Positions 24,052 to 38,195 of a DNA stretch of 64,000 nt are shown here, piece after piece; the stretch's first letter is position 1, and each line of letters opens with the position of its first letter. Origin of the DNA: Marsupella aquatica (taxonomy: Eukaryota; Plantae; Marchantiophyta); contig OZ316895.1 in the NCBI GenBank assembly GCA_973895155.1, positions 14,070,225 to 14,134,224 of the forward strand, in the 5' to 3' direction. The position numbers were made by a program, and so were the translations under genes. The notes under the pieces were generated by a model. It searched no databases. It saw only the letters and a list, made by a program, of their open reading frames with translations, and was not told the DNA's origin.

Positions 24052-27000
24052 TTCCTCGATCTTCTTATCGTGGGGTACTTTTGGACGCCACGGGCACCAC
24101 AACTTTCTAGTTACAGTCTGGTCTGTAGACGGTGAAGAATCTGAGAGAAATTCAAATATGCTGAACAAAACTATACAGCCCATCAATTGTGTCCACATCA
24201 TTGTAGATACACAGAATGGGACCAACTGGATTATGTCTGGCTCAAACATATGGTCGAAAGATTGGAGACGTGATGGTTGAACAATGGCGAGGTGGTAAGT
24301 CTACTCACTGGTCTCAATCAGGGCGTGGCATCACATTGAAACTATAAGAGCATCCGGCAGTATATATGGTGATCTTCACTAGCAGGTAACACTGGGTCAG
24401 GTTGTTGCGCATTCGTTACATCCTTGTGTTATTAAATGCAGCAGAACCTTGTTTTGTTTAAGATTTCCGTGTGTTGGAGTATGTCTGTTTGAGTTGAGAG
24501 TATATACGTTACGCTTAGAGGTACCTGGCCAATCAACCTGATGATATCATTTGGACTTGCTGTAACTTGTTCAGCTCTAGCTGTAGACTAGTTACACGGC
24601 TATCGATCGTTCATGACAAGGTGGAGATCAGTCTGGAGAAGTTGTTTTGTGAGATCTCCTACTGTAGCTGATAGCAATTATGAATGAGACTTTTAGCAAA
24701 GTTATGATCTGGTTTGCAAATTTTGAACCTCGATCTCTCGGCGTCAAGATAGAGCTGGCCTTTGAATAATGTGCATGTCACCGAGTCATCCTTTGCGAGA
24801 CTAAGACGGCGAATTATTCCAGTAGCACTCCCTTACCATTTTATGCTATTTTCCTTACAAGACCATCTGTCATGTGCTTGTGCAGTCTCAGAGAGGGTGC
24901 TTGTATATACATATACGACTTGGGGCCATTATATTGGGGCCCCTTCTGGAAGATCTTCAGCGGAAGAATCTACATTTTGCCCGTGTCACTCATACAACCA
25001 CTGGGAAAGGAAAGATCTTTCTAGGTTGGAAGATAGTTATGGGCTACTAGCTGCACATTGGGCCAGATATCGAATTCATCCTACTCTTGAAGTCAGCTTA
25101 TCCGCCATCATTTTCCCCCCAAGATCATTACATACTTTCTCAGGAAAACGCAAGCGCACTGGTCTATTACAAGACTCGAAATGAGGCTGTGCCAGTGGCC
25201 ATAGCAAGTCAATTGACAACAATATTTTTTTACCTTGCAGCTGGGCGCAGTGAACGTTCTTTCTGAAGTCTTTCATGTAATTGTGAATGTTGGAGGTCCA
25301 GGCTTTGGTTTGTGTGGGAAGTGTAATACGTGTGCATGCTTTTACCCACTTATTCTCAAGATCTCTTTTCTTTGTGCACAAAAAATTAAACGTAGTGATT
25401 CGTCAGATTGACATCATTGAGCTCAAACGAATCACTCTCATGTACAAAACGAAATCAAGTGATGAAAACTTGCCCTGTGCATGAGTGCACCCCACAGGTG
25501 CAATCCCTGGTCCAGTGCATTGGAAGAGCTTCTTCCCTAGAGTTTCTTGTGGAAATTGCAAATTTATTACAACTTTTACAAGTGCAATATGGCCTCACTA
25601 AAAGACAGATTTATAAGTGCAATCCCCTCTACAAGTGCAGAGAGAGTCACATGCATCACATGCAACTGCTGATAAGTGAATGGGGGGTGGTTGGGAGAGT
25701 ACCTTTTGAGAAGTGCAACAAAAATACTGGCCCACTCATATATCCATGTTATCTTAGAAACAGTCTGGCCCACTGCAAATATCCATTTGCCATAGAAATC
25801 TTGTCTCTATGAGATGATCTTGCACCATCTCAAAACCATGTGAGAATGGGAACAAATTCATGTGAGAATGGGAACAACTTCTTCCACAAAACTGGTGATA
25901 ATTTTGCAGATGGGCCTCGAGATAGTTCCCAGGGTCACAATCAATAATTGTAATGTTTTCAAAGCCTTTAGTTCTATTCACCTTATAGGTATGTGGATAA
26001 GTGCACAGTTTATAAGATTGCACTTACAACATAGTGCAACCTCATGTAAGTGCACCATGGGACTGTCATCCCATGAGTTGCACTAATGCAAAGGCCACTT
26101 TATTTTATAGGAAATGTATAACTTTTTATCTGAACACTATAATCTGTAGTCCAATTCTCATTTCTTGAGTAAATATTGCAAAACACAAAGTACATTCCAA
26201 CAATCAATAGTGATACAAAGATACATGGCGGACCCTGTCAAGACTATGTCAAGCATTGCTATGCATAATCCCAGTACATCCGTCCTAGTTTGGCGAGCTC
26301 ACAAATTGCTCTATGGCAAGACCTTTTCTCTCACTCTCACTCCTGAGAGACTGGCATCTAACCTAAAGTATGAGCAAAATGAAATGCTCTCACAAGGGTA
26401 TACTTCCTTTCCACTCGTCTCGCATTAACAACCCTTAACCATGGACAAATTGTGCTCTACTTAACCTAGCCAGTCTCTATAGTTAATACTAACATTTTCT
26501 TCCAAAGTCTATTTACAATTTAAGTTGAGGTGGGAATCAACTGTGGCCATTGGATGAAGGGGTGCCTTTTTCTAGACGATTAGATCCAAAAACCAATTAA
26601 ACAAGATCTGCAAACCCTTGAAAATGCACAAGAAAACCTGAACGATTGGATCTAAAAGATCACTGCATGTGATTGAGTGATGGCTACCAAGGAGACCGTG
26701 GAGGATGATGGGCAGGGGTGCAATATAACCCAACGGTAGTTTCAGCTAGCGGGGTTTTCTCTTAGGGTTTTGATTGTGCCATTTATGTGCTATTGAGGTG
26801 CATAAACCTCTTAAGTTGAGTCAAACAAGCACAAGAAGTAGGAAAGTTGTTGAGCTTGGGTTTGTTGAGTAAAACAACTATTATTCATCAGAGAGCGTGC
26901 ACAAGTACAACATCCACCAAATGCAAAAGTAGTTGACACGGGAGATACGTGGACAACTTTACTGAACTCTACACCCATTGACCATATTGAGTCTTCACAT

Positions 27001-28704
27001 GACAAGCTCTTCCTATCTCCTAATTGGCTCCAGAATAATGAGCCAAAGTTCCATTCATTAGCTAAGTCTGCTAGTGTATATAATAGTGGCATATTTAACC
27101 TTAGCCAAGCATAGGACTATGGTTACACTACTGTGATTACAATATAACTCAGACCTTAGAATAATTAGCTAACAGGGTAAGTACCCCTTGTAATGTTTTG
27201 GTTGTGATTTTGTATTCCGCTTAAGTCCAAATGGGTCAGATTTTTGGTAATGGGCCCTAGTTTGGGGACATATTCAAGGGGAAGCAAAATTTGCAGAGAC
27301 TTTTATATAAATGAGTGTCATTTCCCAATTCAACCAATCAGATAGAAGAACTTCGAAATAGTGGTAGCATGGCCTTGCAGGTGATCTTCATACCATCACA
27401 CACGGGTAGGGCCACACAAGAGGGGCGAACTTCCTCCCTCACCATTCACCATACTCCACATGGGAAAACAATGCGAGGGTGGGGACGGGAGAAGGATTTG
27501 CAGGAGGAGAGGGTGGGGAAGGGTGAGGGGTTTCAAGCAGGGTCAACAGCACCCCATGACGGCCTTATTGATACTGCTTCCCATTGCCTCCACAACACTT
27601 GCATTAGTCAACTCCTCACCTTGACAATTTCTGTGGAACGCACAGGTATTGAAGTAGTTGTAAGTATGTCACACTGCCAAAGAACAAAAGGCTCACACCA
27701 TAAGACAGGATCCCAAAGGTAAGAGACTCTATGAAGGAAAAGTATAAGTACAAACTATCATAGCTACCTATTTACCCTTAAAGTATGTGTCAGCAATGCA
27801 CATTGCACAACAGCTGAGTTTTGCTTTCTTACTCTCAACCACAATTGATAGGGGTGGTGGCCCAAGAAACTTGCATTCCCTGATACTTTGAAATTTCAGC
27901 AATCTAAGTTGTACTAGCCTGACTGCCCAAGCTTTTCTTGAAAGTAGATGGTGTCTTCTACCCCCTACATGGTGCCCATCTTCACCCTACCCGCAAGGTT
28001 AGCTGTCCCCAATAGTCAAAGTCTAGAGACTTAACTCTAGACCATAGCCCTTACCCTAGTTTTTCTTTGCCCTCACCTTACCTGGTCATTGACCACAAGT
28101 AAAGATGAGGCTACAGTGTGTCCATTCACTTGACACCTCCACCCTCAACTCTCACTACATCCCAAACTCTTGATCTATAGACTTCACTCGAGACCATAAT
28201 CAATGAATTGTTTTGTATTGCCCTTATCTGTTAGATTTTGGAAATTTGATAACTTTTGGGGGTAATTTGATAATTTGAATAGGTAAACATCATGGTTAAA
28301 GTGAATTGTAGACTAACATTGTGCCCCCGCAAAATAGTAAAATCCGGAAGTTAAGGTCATGCAATAGTGTGCAATGAAAGACAAACTACTTAAAATGTTC
28401 ACCATTTTTTGGTTTCTATGGTAAAACTTTTATACTTTGACCTACTTAATGCCTTTATGATTTTTCTATTTGTAATTTTGAGTTCATTCATGGAGAGGAA
28501 TGCAGAGTCAAGATTCTCCTATACTTTTAATAAAATTTGTAAAAATCTTAACTTGAAGTCCTGTTACCACAGCATACTGGCCCCTAAAAGCTTGAGCTGA
28601 AGCTTTTTCCTTATGGGGCATTATGGCACACAATGCCAAGTACGAATGCCCAGTTGCCAGGTCCTTACTATATTCATATGCCTATAGTGATGGGGCACTG
28701 CATA

Positions 28705-30003
28705 ATTGGCTCCTCAGAGTAACGGCAGAAAATAAAGGCTAATAAAAAATACAAAGCCTGAAAGAGTCATTTTCTCTATTTTTTAGCAGACCACCTTGAA
28801 CTAGCCCACCTTAAACCCTGCATTGCATTGAAGAATTTGCTCCTCAAAGTAAGGTGTGTATTGTTTGGGGGCCTCACTCTAAGGGGGGTCTCATATCATG
28901 TCCAGAGTTTTGGGGGAATAAACAACCCCACAACTTTATTTATTTATGTTTTGGGGAATAAATACAATTTTTGAAGGAATGTTTTAATACAAACTTTTTG
29001 GAATATTCTTGGAATATTTTCATATTTGTTTTAAAAAACACTATGATTAATATAATTCTCAAAACTGAATTAAAACACCCCTAATGCTCTTCCACAAAAA
29101 ATTAAAAGACTTTTACTAAACCAATAAAAAACCCTGTTTTTATTCCCGCATGATTGGTTAGAAGAGAAGAAGTGAGGACACTTGGGGTGTATAGTAGAAA
29201 ATAAAGGCTAGCTAAAATGTGAAAGAGTAATATTCTCTATTTCTAACAGGAGACCTTAAAATAATGCAAAGTCCACCTTTAAACCCTGCATTGCATTGAA
29301 TAATTTGCTCCTCAAAGTAAGGCGTCTTTTGTTGAAAATATAGGCTTACAACATACAACAAATAAAAAGAGTCAAAGAGTCATTGACTCTCTAACTCTCT
29401 AATTTTAACAGAGCACCTTGAACTCAAAGCCCACTCTTAACTCCTGCATGGCAGTGAATAATTGGCTCCTCAAAGTAAGGTGTGTACTGTAAAAAATAAA
29501 GGCTAACAGAAACCTGAAAGAGTAATTTTCTCTATTTCTAACAGAGTACCTTAAAGGCAAAACCCATCCTTAAACCCTGCATTCCATTAAAGAATTAGCT
29601 ACTCAAAGTAAGGTGTGTCTTGTAGAAAATAAAAAGGGTACAAAACAAGTTAAAGAGTTATTTTCATTATTTCTAACAGAGCACCTAAAAGCGCCACTGT
29701 ACTTGACAAAACCTGGATACACCAGGTTTCACCATTTTTAGACAATTTTTTCCTGAAGTTGTGGAGCAAAGTCTCACCCTAGAGGAGAGAAATGTAAAAA
29801 AATGAGAAGTATTGGACAATGGTGTGGTTTAAACTCAAAGCTCACCCTTAAACACTCCATTGCATTGAATAATTCCCTCCTCAAAGCAAGTTTTTTACTG
29901 TAGAAAATAAAGGCTAACAAAAAGGTTAACTACTCTATTTATTTTCCGTATTTTGAACAGGGCACCTGCAAGGCAAAGCCCACCCTTAAACCCTAAACCC
30001 TGG
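28705..30003. repeat. Interrupted array of about six 130-160 bp units directly upstream of WDR12
   Basis: Unit AGAAAATAAAGGCTAA..AAAGAGT.ATT.TCTCTATTT.TAACAG..CACCTT..GCCCACCTTAAACCCTGCATTGCATTGAA.AATT.GCTCCTCAAAGTAAGG starts near 28727, 29195, 29333, 29491, 29623 and 29901. Confidence 0.92.
29977..30001 (+). promoter_or_regulatory. Site II-like AGCCCA plus telo-box AAACCCTAAACCCT
   Basis: AGCCCACCTTAAACCCTAAACCCT lies about 175 bp upstream of the WDR12 ATG. This motif pair is established for plant ribosome-biogenesis and translation genes. Confidence 0.65.
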
Positions 30004-30174
30004 TTCCTCGTCTTTTGGAGTCCGCGCATTACAGTCTTCAGGCTCTGAAAATCACTTCCTCCGCAGCAGCTACAATTGTCGATTGTGTGGGGAGTCCTGC
30101 AAGACCCGATTCCTGGGACGAAGATCTGCAGCTGCTCGATTGACTGTGCTCCTCCGAGCTTCTGCAGTGCAGCG

Positions 30175-33100
30175 ATGGAGGCGAACGGAGAGGCGAAGAT
30201 GGCCGACGAAAATGCCGTCGAGACGCAGCTGCAGGTTCGCTTCAGCACCAAGTTGGAGGAAAAGTTCCGCGTTGTCAACACGCCCTTCGCCGTGCCCTCG
30301 TCTCTCAATCGCTATGGCCTCTCCGAAATCATCAATGCTCTGCTCGGTCTCAGTGGTACGTTGTGTCTGTGTTTTTTTGGAAAATTTTCTACCCTGGTTT
30401 TTCTCTAAATTTCACGTTTTGGAAAGTTTTCAGTGGCTTACAGAGTTGAATTCCTCGTTTTCTCGTCCTTAGTAGGGTTACTGCAATGTATCCACTGCCC
30501 TTGTGGATGTAACAAAGCATGTTTCTCGAAGAAAGGATTCCATAAATGACCTATATCATTCCTTCTCTATTGTAACACAAGACGTTGTTGTAAAAATCTG
30601 ATTGATACCCGAGAGGAAACGTTTTCTTAGAAGCAGACGTAGCCAGATAGCAGAGGGCCATTTTCCTTGCTAGTGTGGCCAGGGTTTGATGCATCAGGGA
30701 CGCCATCCCAATTTTCAAGTTTAAATTCCGGATCTTCATTGTTTGAGGTGTGGGATTGTTGTGTTGTACTACAAAGGAGGTCTGGTTTCTGTGATCTCTT
30801 GGCTCAACAGGTCGGATGAATGTGTGGAATTATACATCTTGCGACAATAACATTCTAGGCTTAGCAGACTTTACGCTTGGATCATCAGACGTATTGTTCT
30901 GATGTAGTTTGCGAATCTTACCTCAGATAAACCTATACCTTTCGATTTCCTTCTTGATGAGGAGCTGCTGCGGTCCTCACTGGAGACATATCTTTTGACG
31001 AAGAACCTTTCAGCTGTAAGTATCTGTAAGAGTTGACAAGATGTTTGTATGTGTGCGTGACAGTCGTTATCTATGCTGTGGTTTTTGCCCTCACAAATGA
31101 TTCAGCTGGATTGGGAATGATGTGGACGTTTGTGGCCTGATGTTAGGAAACAATTCTCGACATTGAATACCTCCCTGCAGTACTGCCACCGAGTCCAAAG
31201 GAGGATCATTTGCATGACGATTGGGTCAGTGCCGTTGATGGTTCGTTGGACAGGTTCGATGATAGCACCACTGAAGCCTTCTCTTCCCGTCATTTGTCTG
31301 CTTCTCTTCTATTCTAGAATCCTCTTACAGCGTAAGTCACCTTCTAAGTTTGAGGAAAGTTGATTTGATCGTTGGTGATTGATAACTAGGAAATGCAATA
31401 CTCTATGTGAAGGAACTCATGGTGTATGAAGTTGAAGCAAGTAAAGCTGTTGCTGTTGCTTTACTGTCACGAGCCCTTTCGTATCCTTGGTTGTCTCAAT
31501 TTTTCCACGACAAAGAGGGTTTAGGGTCTAGTTCATGTGATCAAGCGTTGTCTTTGACGACTTGTCTTGTACTTTCTTTGCAGGTTTATCTTCACTGGAT
31601 CGTATGATAACCTTGCACGGTAGGAGCCACAATCTTGTCAAATATTGCTTGCCTCTTGGTTCTAATTATGCAATATATAGTACTATAGAGAAATTTTCGC
31701 CGTAGCCCAATATGGATGCTCCTTTGATATGCTGTCAAGAACAGGGTTAGGGAATCAAATTCTGAATGTAGGATGCAACTTGCTTTAAGTAGAGATATCT
31801 TCGCTCTCGATTAATACGTGATTGCTTGTCCGCTCATTGCAGACTCTGGAGCCCCGAAGGTGTTTGTGTCAGAGTTTTTAAGGGGCACACTGATGCGATT
31901 ACTTCACTTTCTTTAATTTCTTCGTCAGGTTTTTTCTCTAAGCATTAAACTCTTTCTTGGTTAATGAGTGTTCTGTAAGCTATTCTCATACTCTGTATGC
32001 TTAGCATGATCTGATGAGACTAGTGTAGATGCATTTGATCAGCTGTTTCTTTAATGTCTTCAAGGAAGTGATGATCACAAAATATCCAGGATCGACTTAT
32101 AGATGAAATTTCCTTTGTTGGTGTTTCGATCTCTCAAGGCAGGATCCAGTGAGGAGTATTTTGGATTGGTTACTGCTTCCAAAGACAGAACCGTGCGCCT
32201 GTGGCAGGTATGGTTTTGGACCACGGCTGGTTAGGTTCTTGGGTATGTTGTTGGGTCTTTGTACGGTCCCATATCTGTGCACGGCTAAAATATCAGTTTG
32301 TGATGTTCCCGTTGTGCAGAAAGTGTTGCCCGATACGCCATCTGCAAAGGTCAAGTCAGTAAAACCTACGAAATGTTTCAAGGGCCATACCTCGTCTGTC
32401 CAGACCGTTGCCTCAAGTCCCTCTGGAAGTCAGGTATATTACTACTGCTGTCTTTGTCGATAATAATTATTATAGTTCCTTCGTTGCTATACTTGGAACA
32501 GACGGTGTGATGAATAGGTACATCAGCAAAGACTGTAGGCCCTTTACCTCCTTTGCTAATTGTACTCCCAACTTCCTCTTGAATTCAGATTGCTTCTGGG
32601 TCATGGGATTGTTCCATTAAGCTATGGAACATTTTCGACGATGCTGAAGCAGACGAGGAGGCTGCCAAGAAGCGAAAACTTAATGGCACAGGTGTTGAAT
32701 CCAATCATGGAGAAGTACAAGTCACTGCACAACGAACGTTAGAAGGACATACTCAGTGTGTGTCTCAGGTTGCATATTCTGAGGAGGACTATTTATATTC
32801 AGTTTCTTGGGACCATTCCGTCCGCAGTTGGAACTTAGAGACAGGTGACAATACGGCAACCTTGGTAAGTTACCAATTGTGTAGCACTGTGTATCTGACT
32901 TATATTAATAGAAAATCATAGACAACTTCAATTGTACCTTCAATTTTTCTATCAGCTTCATTGAATTTCTTGAATATATTTACTGTTCAGGCCGACTTCG
33001 TGTGTATGAAGTCATTTAAATTTTGGTTGTTTCAGAATTGTAGCAAGGCCCTCCTTTGCCTTAGCATAGGAGGTGAAGGTTCTGCACTAATTGCGACCGG

Positions 33101-34242
33101 AGGTGCAGATCGTGTTTTGAGAATCTGGGATCCTCGTATGGTCGGTGTGTACCTCGGCCTTAATGTACTTTTGTTCAGCATGAGTGCTTGTACCCCATTA
33201 AGACTCTATCTCTACTCTGGCCTCAATAGCGTCGTGCATTCAAGGAAATTGATAGTGCACCTGCCTCTGTCAATTCATTATTGACGCTCTGTAGTAGAAA
33301 TAAAGCTCCCAGCTCTGATAGTGTGAAATTGTGATGTCTTATTCTGTCTCAGGGGTTGCAGTGCCCGTACTTCAATTGACATCTCACCAGGGGTGGATCA
33401 CGTCCTGTAAATGGTAGCGTTACTTTTTTTCTATCGTACAAAGTTTTCATGTTGTGCCTTTGTGGGAGTCAATTGTTCTGTCTTAATGTTGCAAAGCTGA
33501 CACCTGATTCGGAGGATCCATTTCGATTCTGAGTTCAATCTTTGAGATCCTGCAAATCAGTTTCGAGATGCAACGGGGTTGTTAAACTGCTACTTCTAGT
33601 TGAGTGAGACTGGGTGAGCTGGTGTTAGAGTTGACTGGAATATCTGTAACTGTTCCCTGGTTTTTTCAGGCACCCGAAGTCTAGTTATCATATACTATCT
33701 TCGTCTCATGATGGAACCCTCAAGCTTTGGGATGTTCGAGCAAAGGTATACTGAATTTTGCATCTGTATCCTTAGCTGAAGTCCTAAGCCTTCCTTTGTG
33801 GTCCACAAGTTGCTCTTTGGACAAAGTGCACTTTGAAGTGAAATCCCTTGAGCTAGCTCAGGGGAAAGTGCAGCAACATGCAGCTGAAATGCAATGTTAC
33901 TAACCGGATGGGTTTCTAATTTGCAGGTTCCCCTACACACAGCGGATGCACACGCAGATAAGGTTAGGAGCAACCCCGTAGATGAAGTTGATTTTTGAAA
34001 AGTTCTTTCCTTATGTCTTTTGGTAATGGTCTCTTCATACAGATGTAAGTTGGTCCAGATGAGAGTTAGTTCTTTGGCTTTACATCCTTATCAAACTGAA
34101 CTAACTTCAGCACTCTTACATCGGACCTTGCCAGGTTTTGTGCGCTGACTGGTGGAAGGATGACTGTATTGTGAGTGGAGGAGCAGATTCAAAATTGAGC
34201 ATTTTGCATGGAGTAAATTTAAGTGGTTCAGTCCAGGGATGA
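30175..34242 (+). CDS. WDR12: Ribosome biogenesis protein WDR12/YTM1 (NLE domain plus WD40), 13 exons
   Basis: Exons 30175-30355, 30927-31015, 31147-31253, 31584-31619, 31843-31928, 32143-32207, 32320-32433, 32589-32864, 33036-33144, 33353-33413, 33670-33745, 33927-33963 (junction approximate) and 34135-34242. Motifs PFAVPSSLNRYGLSEIINALL, PIPFDFL, HDDWVSAV, SGSWD, LEGHTQCVS, SWDHSVR, IVSGGADSKL. Confidence 0.96.
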
Positions 34243-37200
34243 GTCCTAAATCTTCTTGCAAGATCTATGATGAGTCTGAAATGCTTTGATTTGGTCATCT
34301 CTGACCAAGGAGAAAGCACAAATTTTGTAGAAAATATGTTAGTTGGAGGTATGGACGAAATATTTAGTTAGGCTGGAAGAGTGTATCATATTCTACATTT
34401 TAACTTCGCTTCAGTAGTCAGAGTCGATGGCCTTGCAGTCCCTTACCACCAGTACCCGCATTTGTTCGCAAAGTAATTGAGTTCTATATGAACTTTACTG
34501 CCAACCGCTTCCGACATCTGTACATTGTTGATTCCGAAGCACTGCCACGAATTTGAAATGGGAATAAGAAGTGATCTAGTTTTCTGTGTCGAACTTGTGA
34601 AGGAGGTTTTGGAGATACGTTTTCAGGACGTGTATCATACTTTCACAGTTATCGGTGGATGATGTACGACGGGAGTAGGTTTCTTCAATTTATTGACATG
34701 TCACGTCTAGATGGCAGTTATCTGCGCAGAGTAATAGGTTTACAATCCTGAAATCCGGTAGCAATGGTTATTCTGGTACTATTCTGTCATGTCCTTCGAC
34801 AGGGGTAGTCGTGGCTTATTCCAGTGGCAGTAGATTTTGGCTGTTTACCTCGAGATCAACGCCATAAACCTTCCAGCGCACAACCGTTAAACTCTTCACT
34901 CCTAAAAGTTCTTTCGTCCATCCAGATCCCTAGGTCAAACATGATGGGCGTATAAAAAAAAGACAAAACTTGAACAAATATGCGAGAAAATGTGCAGTTG
35001 ACTAACAGATCTGGATAATCTACAAGTGATCCAAAATCAGAGAGATAGATCCAGAAAATCAGGAAAAGCTGGTGTTCACTTGAGCCTGGTAAACTAGATC
35101 TACCTAAAGGTGACCCCAAAATTAGAGAAGTACATCCAGATAATCAGGAAATTTTCTTACCTGGTAAGCCACCTCCAATCAGTCAAGCTCATATCGACAA
35201 AATAGAAGAAAAATCCCTGGTGTGCCACCTTCAGTGGTCCAGTCAGTCAACCTCATATATTAAAAAACAGAAGAAAAATCCTTGGGTTTCCTGTGAAGGG
35301 TCCAGGAGACGCAACATCGGCAGCACCACCCTCCATCGTCCATTTTAGTCCTCAGTTCCTAGCTTCCCTCCTGTATAGTATTCTCCAACAAGCCTCTGAT
35401 TATCTTCTCCAACTATATAGGATGACACTCCCCACCATGGCAAAGGAGGAAAAACCTTAAAAATTACCCCCTACCCACAAACGCTAAATGCAAATCAACC
35501 TGAAGGAGAGCAAACTTTTAAGTACATTCCATGTCAAAGTGATCAAGAGAGACTACGAAGGTGCGAAAGTGGGACCAAGTCGATGGATACACTACGGTGA
35601 CTCAAACCTCTGAGTTTCTGACCCTTAGATCTCCCTAGATTTAAGGATAACTGTCAAATTCTGGCTAATGGACTATGTGGCTCAGTGCGAAACTGGCCAA
35701 TCAAAGACAAATAACCTAGTAAAGTTTTGCCATCAGTGGCAAAGACCTCTTAGCATGGCAGGAATTGGCAACTTTTTGCCACTAGAAAAAATGTGGGTGG
35801 GCACTCTCTCACCATGCATGCCATCTCAGTACATTTAATTGAAATGCTTTTGTAGTTAGTTGGATAGAGGAATTCTCCACGTTTACAAAATGCTCGGATG
35901 GAGTAGCACAGCCAGCATAGACCTCAGCAAAACCCTCATTTTTTTCTTAGACAATACATGTAACAGTGGAGAGTGAGACATGACAAGTAGCAATGTCAGG
36001 TTTGTTGGATAGACCTTTCCAAGAGGCTTCTAATGACCGTTGAACACCAAAACTGGCTGCATAGAGTGAGAAATTTGGTGGTCAAAAGTTTGTTGGAGCA
36101 GGACCAGAGTCAGCAAGTGAGGGTGTAAGGGGTGTAATGGTCCATGGGGGTTAGAAGGTTCACGAGCTCCGTCTATCCAGGTGTCTTTTTCACAGTTCTT
36201 GCCTGGTACTGCTGGGATTATTATAATCGAAGTTAGATTTGTGGGTTTGTCGGTCTCATCATTCCTCCATCATTATGAACCTCACGCCCTCACGATAATC
36301 TACAGTATTGTAAAATATCTCACCCCTCTCCAAACTTGGGGACTACGGAAGGAACATGAGACCAGAACAGTATCAAGAGAACTACAGTCAAACTCTTCTA
36401 AGTGCACACTCTAGGAAAGATTTATGTGGTGTGCACTCAACAAGGGTCAAATTTTTGCACTAATTTATAAGTTTGTATGATTTACATCCCCTGTTTCAAT
36501 GTGCATGTGTTTAAAAAACATTATTTAGAACTTGGCTACAACAGTACAGTAGACGCTCTACAAGTGCAAAATGAGTAAGTGCACATCCGGGATAAATGCA
36601 AGGCATCCTGGTCTTCCCTTTGTTTACATGGAGTTTGCAGTTATGAACATGCAAAGTGGGACTTAATTTAGAAAAATAAAAAGTGAAGAGATTTACTCTA
36701 GTTGTCAGGTAGGCCCACCCTTAGCTAGCAAGGGTAGGGGGATTCTTTTTGGGCATATGTAACAAAAAAATGGAATTACTCTTCACAAACAGGCTCGCGT
36801 GACCAATGCTCCTCTACATTGTTTGTTTTTACTTGGCTACTGTAGCTCATTTCCTTCGTACAAATGCTCACTATTTTGGGTGCTTGGCCCATCTGGATGC
36901 CAACGTCAAAAGTTGCGGCCCATGGGAGGATCAACCGTACAAGAAGTAAGACAAAGAAAATTAAAAAAAGGAAATTATATAGAGAAAGAAGACAGGGAAC
37001 CAATAGAATTATGGATATGGTCCAGTGTCTATGGTACAACTAACCGCTAGGGTCCCAAGATTCCAAGGGCTAATCTGAGCTCCAGCATCCATTCTGAGAT
37101 ATTTTGCTTTAGCCCCCAAGTGATGCTCATCACTAATAAAAAATTTCCATTTTCAAGGCAAGAAACTGTATAAAGAGGGTGTTTAGACTCCCATGGAAAC

Positions 37201-37439
37201 AAACATTTGACATGATACCAGGATGGACAAGTCAAACCCCTGATGACACAAATCCACGTCAGAATTGGTGCACAACACTTTACACATACGTGTTTCAAAG
37301 ATGTATTGTAAACATGCATTTGTCCCATAATAGAAGGTTTCAAGTGGGTTCATCCTCTAAAGTGGCTCTTATTCAACTGAAGGAGTTGGGTTCCTTGGGT
37401 ACACACTAGATAACCTTTCAACTTTCCATGTCACTATAT

Positions 37440-37710
37440 TGTGAGGTGCCAGAAGTATCATGACACTGTAATGTTCCTCAGTCCATCTGATACAGTGTGA
37501 TGGACACTGGATATTGTATGATGCCAGGAGTATCATGACACTGTAAAGTTCCTGAGTCCATCTGATACATTGTCATGGATACAGGAAAGTTTAAGGTGCC
37601 AGGAGTAGCATGATACTGTACCATGATGGTCATGGACTTACAGGACATGTCCTTTTGATACAGTGTCATGATATTGTAAGGTGCCCTGACTATCATCACA
37701 CTGTACCATC
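37440..37710. repeat. 75-bp minisatellite, about 3.5 copies
   Basis: TGCCAG at 37447, 37522 and 37597. Unit GAGTATCATGACACTGTAA.GTTCCT.AGTCCATCTGATACAGTGT.ATGGA has an internal inverted pair CATGACACTGTA / TACAGTGT(C/G)ATG. Confidence 0.85.
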
Positions 37711-37907
37711 AAATTTCTGAGCCATCAAAGCTTTCCACTTGAAAACACAGAGAGCTGATTTTACTTAAGGTAGTGAACGTTTTGAAAGAGCATAATATGT
37801 GTGCCATACCTTGTCAATATCCGGATCACCTCTTTATGAAGATTCTCATTTACTTTTACGAAAATTAGAAAAAACAAAAATCTCTCAGACCTGTAAGTGT
37901 AATAGAT

Positions 37908-38195
37908 TTCTTTTGTTGTTCTCTTGAAAACTAAAAGCTGACCCAACCAACAGAGAATAGACAATCAACTTTGGAGAATGCACCTTTGTTGGGTACAAGG
38001 CGGGTCATACCCAGGAGGGAGAGAGGGTTGGACCAAAGCCCAAAGCGGACCAACCAGGGCTGATGAGAACCCAATACTCCAACCATTACACCTAATTCAC
38101 ACACAGTCTCCACAACCCTTGAGGGGGGATTGAACCTAAGACCTCGGTCCTTGGCCCATCCCCTGGCCTACCAACTGACCACAGCCAGTTGGTGT
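37908..38195 (-). mobile_element. tRNA-derived SINE, copy 3
   Basis: Minus strand reads CCAACTGGCTGTGGTCAGTTGG...GAGGTCTTAGGTTCAATCCCCCCTC...GGAGTATTG...CAGCCCTGGTTG...CTCTGTTGGTTGGGTCAGCTTTTAGTTTTCAAG, colinear with 55794-56206. Confidence 0.85.

Noticed and set aside
26165-26830. Possible solo LTR
   Set aside because: LTR-like composition but no TG...CA pair with a matching TSD could be found.
29985-30003. CTAAACCCT as a telomerase RNA template
   Set aside because: No USE/TATA Pol III promoter upstream; the position fits a telo-box of WDR12.
31016-32588. TGATGA motifs in WDR12 introns as C/D snoRNAs
   Set aside because: No properly placed CTGA D box with a terminal stem or recognisable rRNA guide.
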